A stretch of DNA of 32,000 nt from contig NZ_LNTB01000001.1 of NCBI RefSeq assembly GCF_001462395.1, positions 930,001-962,000 on the forward strand. Reading direction: 5' to 3'. Below, in pieces: positions 15,575 to 23,687 of the stretch. A program made the position numbers and the translations under genes. The notes under the pieces are model-generated. The model saw only the letters and a list, made by a program, of their open reading frames with translations, made no database searches and was not told the origin of the DNA. This DNA comes from Pyrodictium occultum. Its GTDB lineage: Archaea > Thermoproteota > Thermoprotei_A > Sulfolobales > Pyrodictiaceae. Each line of letters opens with the position of its first letter. Positions within the stretch are counted from its first letter, which is position 1.

Positions 15575-16519
15575 TCACCCTAGGCCTATCCTGCGGAGCT
15601 GCTCCTCGAGGAGGCCCCGGTCCCGCTGGAGGAGGCGGGCCGAGGGGTAGTTGTAGATGGGGCCCCTGGGGGACTCGTTGTAGAAGGGCCTGTTGCAGCC
15701 GGGGCAGCCGCTGGTGAGGAGCCCAGGGAGCGGGTCCACGGGGGGCCTCCGGGCGAACCGGGCCGGGGGCCCAGGGTCGATGTAGTCGAGGGGGTCGAGG
15801 CCCTCCTCGAGGAGGAGGCGGGCGACCTGGTAGACACGGTAGGTGTGGATGTCCACGCCCGGGAAGCGGCGCGGCGTGCCGGGGACCCGGGTGTAGCTGA
15901 AGAGCGCCACCCGGGCGCCGAGGGAGTAGATGAGCTTCATCGCTTTGAGCATCTCGGCCGGCGTCTCGCCGAGCCCGGCCACCAGGTGGACGTAGACCCT
16001 GCCCCTCCCGTAGACCCCCACAGCCCTCCCTATGAACCCTATGTAGGTGCTCCAGCTGTAGGGCTTCCCGGCCTCGGCGAAAACCCTGGGGCTTGCAGCG
16101 TCCAGGCCTACGCCGAGCGTGTCCACCCCGAGCCGCCGCCAGGCCTCGAGGACGCCCGCCGCCACCGGCGTGGTGGTCACCGATGCAGGGGTGTCGGGGT
16201 CGACGCGGCGCAGCCCCTCCAGCAGCTTGTAGGCCTCGCAGGCGAAGCCGGGCCGGAGCACGGTCTGGATGCAGACCCTAGCGAAGAGCCCCCTCCTCCA
16301 CCTAGAGAGGATGTCCCCGAGCCTGACCACGGGCCAGGTGACCCTGCTCAGCAGGCTCCTCCCCGCCCTGGAGAAGACGGACTGGCTGCAGAACATGCAG
16401 CGCGCCATACAGCCCTGGGGGCTGTACTGGAGCAGATAGGCCGTGGTGGGCCTGGCGGCCAGCGGGATCCTCTCGAGCCCCAGCACGGCCAGCGTGCCTA
16501 TGGAGGCGCGTACCAGCAC
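15575..16519 (-). CDS. Radical SAM protein, biotin-synthase-like (candidate LipS-type lipoyl synthase subunit)
   Basis: YSPQGCMARCMFCSQ (CX3CX2C). Start placed at GTG 16519 (VLVRASIGTLAVLG...). The track's 503-aa version (to 17086) is an R/P/H-rich antisense extension across lplA. Confidence 0.8.
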   Translation of the reverse strand: MLVRASIGTLAVLGLERIPLAARPTTAYLLQYSPQGCMARCMFCSQSVFSRAGRSLLSRVTWPVVRLGDILSRWRRGLFARVCIQTVLRPGFACEAYKLLEGLRRVDPDTPASVTTTPVAAGVLEAWRRLGVDTLGVGLDAASPRVFAEAGKPYSWSTYIGFIGRAVGVYGRGRVYVHLVAGLGETPAEMLKAMKLIYSLGARVALFSYTRVPGTPRRFPGVDIHTYRVYQVARLLLEEGLDPLDYIDPGPPARFARRPPVDPLPGLLTSGCPGCNRPFYNESPRGPIYNYPSARLLQRDRGLLEEQLRRIGLG

Positions 16520-16557
16520 CCTGCACGGCCCCTGGCCACGGGGCCTCCGGGGCCGGC

Positions 16558-16563
16558 ATATAT
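16558..16563. promoter_or_regulatory. Palindromic TATA-like element in the divergent radical SAM/lplA intergenic region
   Basis: ATATAT within GGCATATATGGGC, about 40 nt from GTG 16519 (minus) and about 45 nt from TTG 16607 (plus). Confidence 0.35.
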
Positions 16564-16606
16564 GGGCAGGCGCGCTCCAGCCCCCGGGAGGAGGGCCCGG
16601 TAGGCG

Positions 16607-17380
16607 TTGGCGAGGGTGCTGCGGGTGATCCTGGACCTGGAGGGCCACCCCGCCTCCTGGCAGATGGCGGTGGACGAGGCGCTGCTCCGGCTCCGCGGCG
16701 AGGGCGCGGTCCCGGACACGCTCAGAGTCTACGTCTTCAACCCCCCGGCGGTGACTATCGGGAGGTTCCAGAGGCTCGAGGCCAGCGTGGACCTGGAGGA
16801 GGCCAGGAGGATGGGGATCGACGTGGTGAGGAGGTTCACAGGCGGGGGGAGCGTCTACCACGACCCGGCGGGGGAGGTTACATACTCCATAGCGTTGGGG
16901 CTGGACTCTCTCCCAGGGCTGAGGGACGTGGAGGAGAGCTACCGGGTCCTCTGCAGGGGCGTTGTGGAGGCGCTCCGCGTCCTGGGCGTGGAGGCCGAGT
17001 TCAAGCCGGTGAACGACGTGGTCGTGGCCGGGAGGAAGATCTCGGGGAACGCGCAGGCGAGGGCCGCGGGGGCGCTGCTCCAGCACGGCACCCTCCTCTA
17101 CGCCTCAGACCTCCAGGTCATGGCCAGGCTCCTCCGCGCCCCCAGGGAGAAGCTGGAGAGCCACGGGGCCCGGAGCATAGAGGAGAGGGTCACCACCGTC
17201 GAGAGGGTGCTGGGCCGCCGCCCCGCCCGGGAGGAGGCCGCCCTGGCGCTGGTGGAGGGCTTCCGACGCGCCCTCGGCTACGACACCGTGAGGCTGGACG
17301 TCCTCAGCCCGGAGGAGGAGAGCCTGGCCCGGCGGCTGGAGGAGAGGTACCGGAGCAGCTGGTGGCTCCGCCGGAGGTAG
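16607..17380 (+). CDS. lplA: Lipoate-protein ligase A, catalytic (N-terminal) domain type
   Basis: RVYVFNPPAVTIGRFQ, VVRRFTGGGSVYHD, GEVTYS, GRKISGNAQAR and ALLQHGTLL are BPL/LplA catalytic-domain motifs. At 257 aa it has no C-terminal accessory domain. Confidence 0.9.
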   Translation: MARVLRVILDLEGHPASWQMAVDEALLRLRGEGAVPDTLRVYVFNPPAVTIGRFQRLEASVDLEEARRMGIDVVRRFTGGGSVYHDPAGEVTYSIALGLDSLPGLRDVEESYRVLCRGVVEALRVLGVEAEFKPVNDVVVAGRKISGNAQARAAGALLQHGTLLYASDLQVMARLLRAPREKLESHGARSIEERVTTVERVLGRRPAREEAALALVEGFRRALGYDTVRLDVLSPEEESLARRLEERYRSSWWLRRR

Positions 17381-17387
17381 GAGGCCC

Positions 17388-18344
17388 TTGGAGGGGCAGG
17401 GGCCGGTGTGCAGCCGCTGCATCCTCCACTGCCGCGGCGAGGGGCGCTGCGGCGTCGTGGCGCCGGGGAGGGGCGACCTCCGCCCCTGGAGGGCCCTCTG
17501 GCTCAGCGTGCTCCGCGTCGAGGACGTGCCCCTCGCCCACACCTGCCCCGGCGGGGTGGCGGCCAGGCTCATGCTCCCCGGCTCCCCGGTCCGCTGCAGC
17601 CGCTGCAGCTGGAGGGACTACGCCGACCCCAGGGGCCTGGAGCTGCGGAGGCTGGAGCCGGGGGAGCTGCGGAGGCTCCGCATGCTGTCCCCCAGCGTCT
17701 TCCTCCTCGACGGCGGCGAGCCCTTGGTGGCTGACTGGGTGATGCAGCTCCCCGGGCTCGTACGCGAGGCCGCCCCCGGCGTGCGCTACGTGCTCGCCCG
17801 CACCGCTGGCCTGGTGGCGCTGGAGAGGCTGCGCGAGGCCCGGGAGGCGGGCTACAACGGCGTCGTGTTCGAGTACCTGCTGGCCGTCGAGAAGCTCCCC
17901 CGGCCCGACCACGCCGCCGCAGCGCTGAGGGAGGCGCACCGGCTGTTCGAGGCCGTGGAGATCCACGTCCCCTACGACGGCTCCCCCGGCGCGGCCGCCG
18001 CCGTGGCCGACCTGGCGGCTAGGTACCCCGGCACTCCGGTCCACGTGCTCCCCCTGGGGGAGGAGCTGGGCGACAAGGCGTACAGCCTCGTGGAGAAGCT
18101 GAGGGACCGGGGGAGGTGGAACGTCTACCTCTACCCGGAGGAGAGCTACACCCTCACCGACACCGCCTGCCCCAGGTGCGGCGCCCCAGTGGTCTCGAGG
18201 AAGCCCTGGGGGGTCAGGGTGTACGCCGACGCGGGGGGCGGCACGGCCCCCAGGTGCCCCCGCTGCGGCGAGCCCCTCCCCTGGCTCCGGCTCTGCGGCC
18301 CGCCGCGCCGGGCGGCTATACACCGGGAGACCGTGGTCTGGTAG
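17388..18344 (+). CDS. PflA/AmmeMemoRadiSam-like radical-SAM-fold protein with degenerate cluster motif and C-terminal zinc ribbon
   Basis: N-terminal CSRCILHCRGEGRCG. CPGGVAARLMLPGSPVRCSRCSW aligns to the family consensus PG...GCNxxCxxCQNW, with Ser (TCC 17583-17585) in place of the first Cys. The C-terminus carries CPRCG...CPRCG. It starts 7 nt after the lplA stop. Confidence 0.6.
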   Translation: MEGQGPVCSRCILHCRGEGRCGVVAPGRGDLRPWRALWLSVLRVEDVPLAHTCPGGVAARLMLPGSPVRCSRCSWRDYADPRGLELRRLEPGELRRLRMLSPSVFLLDGGEPLVADWVMQLPGLVREAAPGVRYVLARTAGLVALERLREAREAGYNGVVFEYLLAVEKLPRPDHAAAALREAHRLFEAVEIHVPYDGSPGAAAAVADLAARYPGTPVHVLPLGEELGDKAYSLVEKLRDRGRWNVYLYPEESYTLTDTACPRCGAPVVSRKPWGVRVYADAGGGTAPRCPRCGEPLPWLRLCGPPRRAAIHRETVVW

Positions 18345-18350
18345 GAGGGG

Positions 18351-19463
18351 CTAGCCCCTGAACCTCTCGTACCACTTCTCGTAGGCCTCTATCATCTCCC
18401 TCGTTATGCTCGGCCTTCTGGACCTTATCGACTCCACGAAGTCCTCCATGGTCAGGGGCCTGGGCTCGCCCTGGCCTCCCTGCCGCTCGAACAGCTCCCT
18501 CACGGTGCGGAGGTGGGCCTCCATGACTATGTCCTTTATGTCGCTGGCGCTGTAGCCCTCGGTCATGTCGGCGAGCTTCTCCAGGTCCACGTCGGGGGTC
18601 AGCCGGAGCCCGCGGGTGTAGAGCTTGAAGAGCTCCAGCCTGGCCCTCCGGTCGGGCGGGGGTATGTAGATTCTCTTCTGGAACCTCCTTATGAAGGGCT
18701 CGTCTAGCTTCCACGGCTTGTTGGTGGCGCCTATAACGTATACGTGCAGCTTGCTGCTCTTGTCCTGGAGCCCGTCCATCTCCTTGAGGAACTGGTTTCT
18801 CACCCTAACCTCCCCGCCGACCTCGCTCTCGTGGACGCCGAGGAGCGCATCTATCTCGTCAATGAATATTATCGCCGGCCTCCCGCCGCGGGCCGCCTCG
18901 CGCGCCTTCTCGAAGAGCATCCTCACCCTCTTCTCGGCGTCCCCCAGCCACTTGCTCATGATGCTGGCCGCGTCCACGTTGAAGAAGACCCCGTCCACCT
19001 CGTTGGCCACCGCCGCGGCGAGCATTGTCTTGCCGCAGCCCGGCGGGCCGAAGAGGAGTATCCCGCGGGGCCAGCCGAGGGGGAAGAGATCCGGCCTCCT
19101 AACCGGGTATATTATAGCTTCCTTTATCGCCTGCTTCGCGTGCTCCAGGTCCGCTATGTCGCTGAACCTCACCCTAGGCCTCTCCGTGACTATCCAGTCC
19201 TCGAGCTGCTCCGCCTCCGCCGGGGAGGCCGGGACCCCGAGCTTCTCGAGCTGCTCTACCCGGCGGCGGTACTGCTGGATTATCCCGCGGTAGACATGGG
19301 CCAGTGGGTTGTCGGGGTAGAGCCTCACTATCTTGCCGAGTATATCTATGGCCTTCTTGTAGTTCGATATAGCCTCCTGTATCCTGCCCTCCCGGTCGGC
19401 CCTCACGGCCGCGAGGGCGTAGCCCCGGGCCATTGCCTCCAGCTTGTGCAGCCCGGCGGACAC
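18351..19463 (-). CDS. cdvC: Vps4-like AAA+ ATPase with N-terminal MIT domain (CdvC)
   Basis: MIT-like helices ([23 protein letters not shown]), Walker [16 protein letters not shown], Walker [11 protein letters not shown], and the second region of homology. At 370 aa it matches crenarchaeal CdvC. Confidence 0.9.
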   Translation of the reverse strand: MSAGLHKLEAMARGYALAAVRADREGRIQEAISNYKKAIDILGKIVRLYPDNPLAHVYRGIIQQYRRRVEQLEKLGVPASPAEAEQLEDWIVTERPRVRFSDIADLEHAKQAIKEAIIYPVRRPDLFPLGWPRGILLFGPPGCGKTMLAAAVANEVDGVFFNVDAASIMSKWLGDAEKRVRMLFEKAREAARGGRPAIIFIDEIDALLGVHESEVGGEVRVRNQFLKEMDGLQDKSSKLHVYVIGATNKPWKLDEPFIRRFQKRIYIPPPDRRARLELFKLYTRGLRLTPDVDLEKLADMTEGYSASDIKDIVMEAHLRTVRELFERQGGQGEPRPLTMEDFVESIRSRRPSITREMIEAYEKWYERFRG

Positions 19464-19512
19464 CCTGCACAGACCCCCGGAGGGGTATCATTCGCGGCCG
19501 ACGGGGGCGAGG

Positions 19513-19884
19513 CTATAAGGCGCTGGACTCATCGCCGCGGGCCCCGCAGCGGCGGAGAAGCCTCTCCACCGCAGCCTCGAGCATCCCGACCCTCTCCTCG
19601 AGCTCCGCGAGCTTCGCAACCACCGCCTCGAGGTCGCCGGGGGAGAAGTGGCCCCCGGGGCGGCGCAGCTCCCTGCGGGGCAGCCCGCGGACCGCGGGGG
19701 CGACGGCGTAGTAGCGGCCCTCCTCGCCGCGGGCGGCGAGGCCGGCGTCGCGGAGCCTCTGGAGCGCCGCCCGCACCCTCTGCAGGGGCTCTCCGAGCGC
19801 GTCAGCTATCTCCCTCGGCCCGCTGCCCGGGTGGTCGCGGAGGTAGCTCAGCACCCTCTCCTCCAGGTCGCCCAGCCTGGCCAT
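19513..19884 (-). CDS. Winged-helix DNA-binding protein with C-terminal coiled-coil segment
   Basis: MARLGDLEERVLSYLRDHPGSGPREIADALGEPLQRVRAALQRLRDAGLAARGEEGRYYAV (wHTH), then LEAVVAKLAELEERVGMLEAAVERLL. ATG 19884 is preferred because TAAATA (minus strand, 19915-19920) lies about 30-35 nt upstream. The track start is GTG 19911. Confidence 0.65.
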   Translation of the reverse strand: MARLGDLEERVLSYLRDHPGSGPREIADALGEPLQRVRAALQRLRDAGLAARGEEGRYYAVAPAVRGLPRRELRRPGGHFSPGDLEAVVAKLAELEERVGMLEAAVERLLRRCGARGDESSAL

Positions 19885-20127
19885 GCTCCCCGGCCCCCTG
19901 GCTCCAGGCACCGTATTTAGGGATGGGCCCCGGGCCCCAGCCCTATGGGGGCTGTGAAGCCTTACAGCCGATCCGAGCCCCGCGCAGCGGCGCGGGGGAT
20001 GGCGAGTTTCGCCCCTTCGGGAGCCCCCGCATCCCCGGCCCCCTCCCTGGGGATGGCCGATGAAGACTACGCCAGCGCCGGAGCCCCTAGGGGCCGGCTG
20101 TGAAGAGTGACTTGGCTCCGAGGCCGC

Positions 20128-20946
20128 CTACCCCGGCTCGGGCTCCTCCACGAAGCGCCAGGCCTTCCTGGAGGCGTCGAAGTAGACTAGCCCGGCCTCC
20201 TTGAGCCTCTTGAACAGTTCGTACTGGGCGTCGGTGAGCAGCATCCTTATCTCCTCGTCGTTGGCGGTGGGGAGCTGCTCCACCTTCTCGCGGAAGTTCT
20301 CCCAGAAGCCCCTGTCGACCGCCACCCGCTCCCCGCCGAGGTCGAGCACCAGCGCCCCCTCGCGGCGGAGCTTCTCGAAGAACGCGTCGCGGTCGCGGAG
20401 CCAGTGGACCTCGTGCTCGAAGACGACGCCCTGCTCCCGGAGCCTCTCTATGGCTGAGCGCCTCCTGCCCCGGTGGTGCTCCCTCCCCGCCGCCCTCTCG
20501 CCCGGGGCCGGCTGGACCGGGGCCCTCGGCGGCGGGGGCTGCTCCTGGCGGCGCTGGGCCTCCACGGCCTCCTCGAGGCTCTTCAGCCTGTCTTCCAGAG
20601 CCTCCAGCCTCTCTATGGCCTCGGCCAGCTTCGCCGACAGCGAGTCTATCTTAGCCGTCCAGGGGTTTATCATGTCCTGTATCCTGCGCTCCAGCCTGGA
20701 CGCCAGCTTCTCCACGTCCGGGGGCGTGACCTCCAGCTTGCCCTCCCCGGCCAGCTCCCTCAGCTTCTCCGAGACGGCGCGCTCCACCAGCGCCTCCACG
20801 CTCCTCTCCTCGCCGAGGAGGCCCAGCTCCCTCAGCACGAGGTAGCGGATGTAGTCGGAGACGAGGGGGAAGCCCTCCCTCCTGGCCCTCTCCTCCAGCT
20901 CCCTGTACACGTCGTCGGGGAGGCGTAGAGCTACCAGGCGCGGCAT
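20128..20946 (-). CDS. Ribbon-helix-helix (CopG/Arc-like) protein with long coiled coil, Pro-rich linker and C-terminal globular domain
   Basis: MPRLVALRLPDDVYRELEERARREGFPLVSDYIRYLVLREL (RHH). Heptad-rich IDSLSAKLAEAIERLEALEDRLKSLEEAVEAQRR. Linker QEQPPPPRAPVQPAPG. The C-terminal domain of about 100 aa has no recognised family. Confidence 0.7.
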   Translation of the reverse strand: MPRLVALRLPDDVYRELEERARREGFPLVSDYIRYLVLRELGLLGEERSVEALVERAVSEKLRELAGEGKLEVTPPDVEKLASRLERRIQDMINPWTAKIDSLSAKLAEAIERLEALEDRLKSLEEAVEAQRRQEQPPPPRAPVQPAPGERAAGREHHRGRRRSAIERLREQGVVFEHEVHWLRDRDAFFEKLRREGALVLDLGGERVAVDRGFWENFREKVEQLPTANDEEIRMLLTDAQYELFKRLKEAGLVYFDASRKAWRFVEEPEPG

Positions 20947-21112
20947 GAGCGTCCACCACTCGCCGGCCGGAGGGCCCTCAGCGTGATGACGGGCTAGAGG
21001 GGCCCCTGGGGTGGTCTAGGCGGCGCGTCCCTATAATTCGGGTTAGGCCTTCTGGCAGGTTCTAGATGGCCGGGGGCTGTGGCGAAGGCTGTACTCGCCG
21101 AGCCCGGGCGCG

Positions 21113-21655
21113 ATGTGGACACCTTTAAGTGCCGAGCCCCCGGCGGCGCGCTACCAGGGCAGGGGGTGGAGCGGCTCATTGAGGCCGAGGGTGGCCGTAG
21201 TGGTTCACGACGTCTCGAGCGCGCAGCGCCTCATAGACATGGCTAAGCTCGTCTACGGCCTAGGCTTTACCCACCTGGTGGCCACCAAGGTCTACGGCGC
21301 CGCCGCCTCCAGCGGGGTCCCGGAGGCGATGAGGCTGGCGCTGCGGCTGGGGAGGAGCTTCTCGGTGCTGCCCAGCGTGAAGGACGCCGTGGAGATCCTC
21401 TCCCCTGGGAGGATAGTGGTGGTGTCGAGGGAGTACGGGGAGCCCGTGGACCCGTGGAGCTACGCGGAGAAGCTGGCCGGGGAGGAGAGCCTGATGATAG
21501 TCCTCGGCGGGATAGACGCGGCCCCGGGCAGGGACGTGGCGGGGCTCGGGGAGGCTGTCTACCCCGTGGGGAGCGAGGGCAGGCTAACCCCGGTGGCCGA
21601 GGCGGCGCTCCTCCTCTACCCCCTGGCTAGGAGGATTTCTCGAGAAACCTCCTAA
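21113..21655 (+). CDS. Hypothetical protein, possible SPOUT-like (DUF531-type) fold
   Basis: RVAVVVHDVSSAQRLIDMAKLVYGLGFTHLVATKVYG...LMIVLGGIDAAPGRDVAGL...AEAALLLY has the alternating beta/alpha pattern and C-terminal G-rich loop of small SPOUT proteins. This is recalled from memory, not searched. Alternative in-frame starts are TTG 21179 and GTG 21191. Confidence 0.5.
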   Translation: MWTPLSAEPPAARYQGRGWSGSLRPRVAVVVHDVSSAQRLIDMAKLVYGLGFTHLVATKVYGAAASSGVPEAMRLALRLGRSFSVLPSVKDAVEILSPGRIVVVSREYGEPVDPWSYAEKLAGEESLMIVLGGIDAAPGRDVAGLGEAVYPVGSEGRLTPVAEAALLLYPLARRISRETS

Positions 21656-22577
21656 CCTCCCAGGCTATAGCCTCCGCCAGCGGGACCGGGACGGCCTCCC
21701 CCACCTGGTTGTACTGCTCGTCCCTCCCTCCGAGGAAGACGTGGTTATCGGGGAACCCCATCAGCCTGGCCTGCTCCCTGACGGTGAGGAACCTGGGCTC
21801 GTAGGGGTGGATGAACCTGCTGGAGCCCAGCACCGTGGGCGCGTGGCGGCGGGGGTCCAGCCTTATCAGGTTGGGGTAGCGGCGGCCCTCGGCGCCCTCG
21901 TAGTAGATGAGGGCCTGGCCCCAGCGGAGCCTCGCTATCCTCCTGGCCTTCCTGGGGCTCATGGAGGGGGGCTCGTGGTTCAGCACTCCCTCGCTGCCCG
22001 GCTCGGGGAGCCCGCGCAGGGCCTCCTCGACGGTTATCCTCCGCCTCCTCCTGGGCGGCTTTATCCTGATGTTTGAGATGAATACGCGGAGCCTGTGGCT
22101 GGGGGTGCCGTAGTCCTCCGCCCGGAGGAGGTTAAAGTATATCCTCGGGTACCCGGCCTCGGCGAAGACGCGGCGCAGCTCCTCCTCCACGTCCAGGATG
22201 CCGGGCACGTTCTCCATGACGAATACCCTGGGCCGCAGCTCCCCGACTATCCTGGCGAAGTGCAGGGCCAGCTGCCCCGCCGGGTCCTGGTAGAGCCTGT
22301 CCAGGGGGTTCCGCATCCTCCTGGGGTTGGCGCCGGTGTAGGGCTCGCAGGGAGGGCTGCCTATCACCACGTCGGGGCGGCCCACGAGCCTCTCTATAAG
22401 CGCCCCCGTCACCTCCTTGATATCCATGGCGAGGGCTACCGACTCGGGGAAGTTCGCCTTATAGCTCCTTATCGCCGCCGGGTCGTTGTCCACGCCCAGG
22501 AGGATGCGGAACCCAGCCCGCCGGAACCCCTCCGCAAACCCCCCGGCGCCCGCGAAGAGGTCAACGACGCCTAGCAC
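21627..22577 (-). CDS. DNA (cytosine-5)-methyltransferase
   Basis: Motif [12 protein letters not shown], motif [11 protein letters not shown], motif [12 protein letters not shown], motif [16 protein letters not shown], motif [13 protein letters not shown], motif [13 protein letters not shown]. The 5' end overlaps the TFE stop by 17 nt. Confidence 0.9.
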   Translation of the reverse strand: MLGVVDLFAGAGGFAEGFRRAGFRILLGVDNDPAAIRSYKANFPESVALAMDIKEVTGALIERLVGRPDVVIGSPPCEPYTGANPRRMRNPLDRLYQDPAGQLALHFARIVGELRPRVFVMENVPGILDVEEELRRVFAEAGYPRIYFNLLRAEDYGTPSHRLRVFISNIRIKPPRRRRRITVEEALRGLPEPGSEGVLNHEPPSMSPRKARRIARLRWGQALIYYEGAEGRRYPNLIRLDPRRHAPTVLGSSRFIHPYEPRFLTVREQARLMGFPDNHVFLGGRDEQYNQVGEAVPVPLAEAIAWEVRRFLEKSS

Positions 22578-23085
22578 TGTTCACCTCCGCCTCCAGCAGC
22601 GACACGTACTGCCGGAGGATCTGTATACGCAGCTCCCGGTCCGGGTCCGGGACAAGCATGGTGCCGCACCTGGGGCAGGTGAACTCGTGCTCCAGCGCCT
22701 CCTCGAACGTGTACTTGGTCCCATCGTTGGGGCAGACGTAGTAGTAGGTGCCCTCCTCCCCCTCGAGCAGCGTCCGGAGCCTCTCCAGCGCAGCCCTCCT
22801 TCTCGCCTCGATGATCGCCGGGAGGCCCTCGTAGTTTATCCTCCAGTAGAAGACGAGCCTGTTCTTCTCCGGGTGCCTCTGCCTCCTGTACACGACAAGC
22901 CCCTTCTCCGCCAGGAGGTTGAGGGCCCTGCGGACGGCGTTGAGCTTCAACCCCGTCTTCTCAGCTATATCGGCCTCGGAGAGCTCGCCCCCCTCCTCGT
23001 AGAGGGCCTGGATCACCTGCCGGGCCTCGCTGTCCACAAGCCTCTCCACGAACAGGTAGAACTTCTCAAGCTCGCTGCCCTGCAT
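22561..23085 (-). CDS. tfe: Transcription factor E (TFE alpha, TFIIE-alpha homologue)
   Basis: N-terminal winged helix ([43 protein letters not shown]) and a zinc ribbon ([31 protein letters not shown]). Confidence 0.85.
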   Translation of the reverse strand: MQGSELEKFYLFVERLVDSEARQVIQALYEEGGELSEADIAEKTGLKLNAVRRALNLLAEKGLVVYRRQRHPEKNRLVFYWRINYEGLPAIIEARRRAALERLRTLLEGEEGTYYYVCPNDGTKYTFEEALEHEFTCPRCGTMLVPDPDRELRIQILRQYVSLLEAEVNSARRR

Positions 23086-23126
23086 GGCCTGCTCAGCCCC
23101 ATGACGTCAGCCAGGTATAATTGTGC

Positions 23127-23687
23127 TCACTCCAGGCTTACTACTCTTTTGCCCCTGGGCGATGGTATGATCTTCACCCTGGCCCCGGGGAACTCGATGC
23201 GGAGCTCCTCGCCCCCGTAGAGCCGGTCGAGGAACACTGCCAGCGCGGCCACCTCGCTGTGCGGCTGGTTCCCTATAGCCACGTTGTAGTCGGCGGCCTC
23301 GTAGAAGAACGGGGGCACCTTCTCCGCCCCCACGACTATCAGCTTAGGCCTGGGGCTGGCCCTTATCTCGCCTATGACATCGTCCACGTGAAGCCCGTAC
23401 ATGGTCAAGTGTATGACCTCGCCGCCGCCCCTCTTCCACTCAGCCACGTAGCGGCGGCTGCTGACCCCGCAGCGCAGCTCCATCGAGCCGCCCCATCTCT
23501 CCAGCACCCCGCGGAGCGACTCCATCACGTGGTCGTCGCAGACGTCGCCGAGTATGAAGCCGTTGGCCCCGAACGCCCTGGCTACGAGGCCCACGTGGGT
23601 GGTTATCCTCTTGTCGCGCTGGGGCCTGTGGCCTATCCGGAGCACGTAGACCCGGCCGTACCTCTCAGCAGGGTGGACAGCCGGCAT
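23127..23687 (-). CDS. tRNA (cytidine56-2'-O)-methyltransferase (aTrm56, SPOUT)
   Basis: [29 protein letters not shown] is the aTrm56 N-terminal signature, and length is about 180 aa. ATG 23687 overlaps the HflX 3' end by 55 nt. In-frame GTG 23645 would cut the overlap to 13 nt. Confidence 0.85.
   Translation of the reverse strand: MPAVHPAERYGRVYVLRIGHRPQRDKRITTHVGLVARAFGANGFILGDVCDDHVMESLRGVLERWGGSMELRCGVSSRRYVAEWKRGGGEVIHLTMYGLHVDDVIGEIRASPRPKLIVVGAEKVPPFFYEAADYNVAIGNQPHSEVAALAVFLDRLYGGEELRIEFPGARVKIIPSPRGKRVVSLE

Noticed and set aside
16520-17086. N-terminal 189-codon extension of the radical SAM ORF 15575..17086.
   Set aside because: It runs antisense through lplA (16607..17380), which has unambiguous motifs, and the extension is P/R/H-rich. 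The radical SAM core begins right after the in-frame GTG at 16519, which leaves a sensible divergent promoter gap.
20983-21060. Perfect C-box-like GUGAUGA at 20983-20989, and C-box-like AUGAAGA/GUGAAGA at about 20059-20106, suggesting C/D box sRNAs.
   Set aside because: There is no CUGA D box at the expected distance of about 50-60 nt, no D'/C' pair and no terminal stem. Single heptamer matches are expected by chance.
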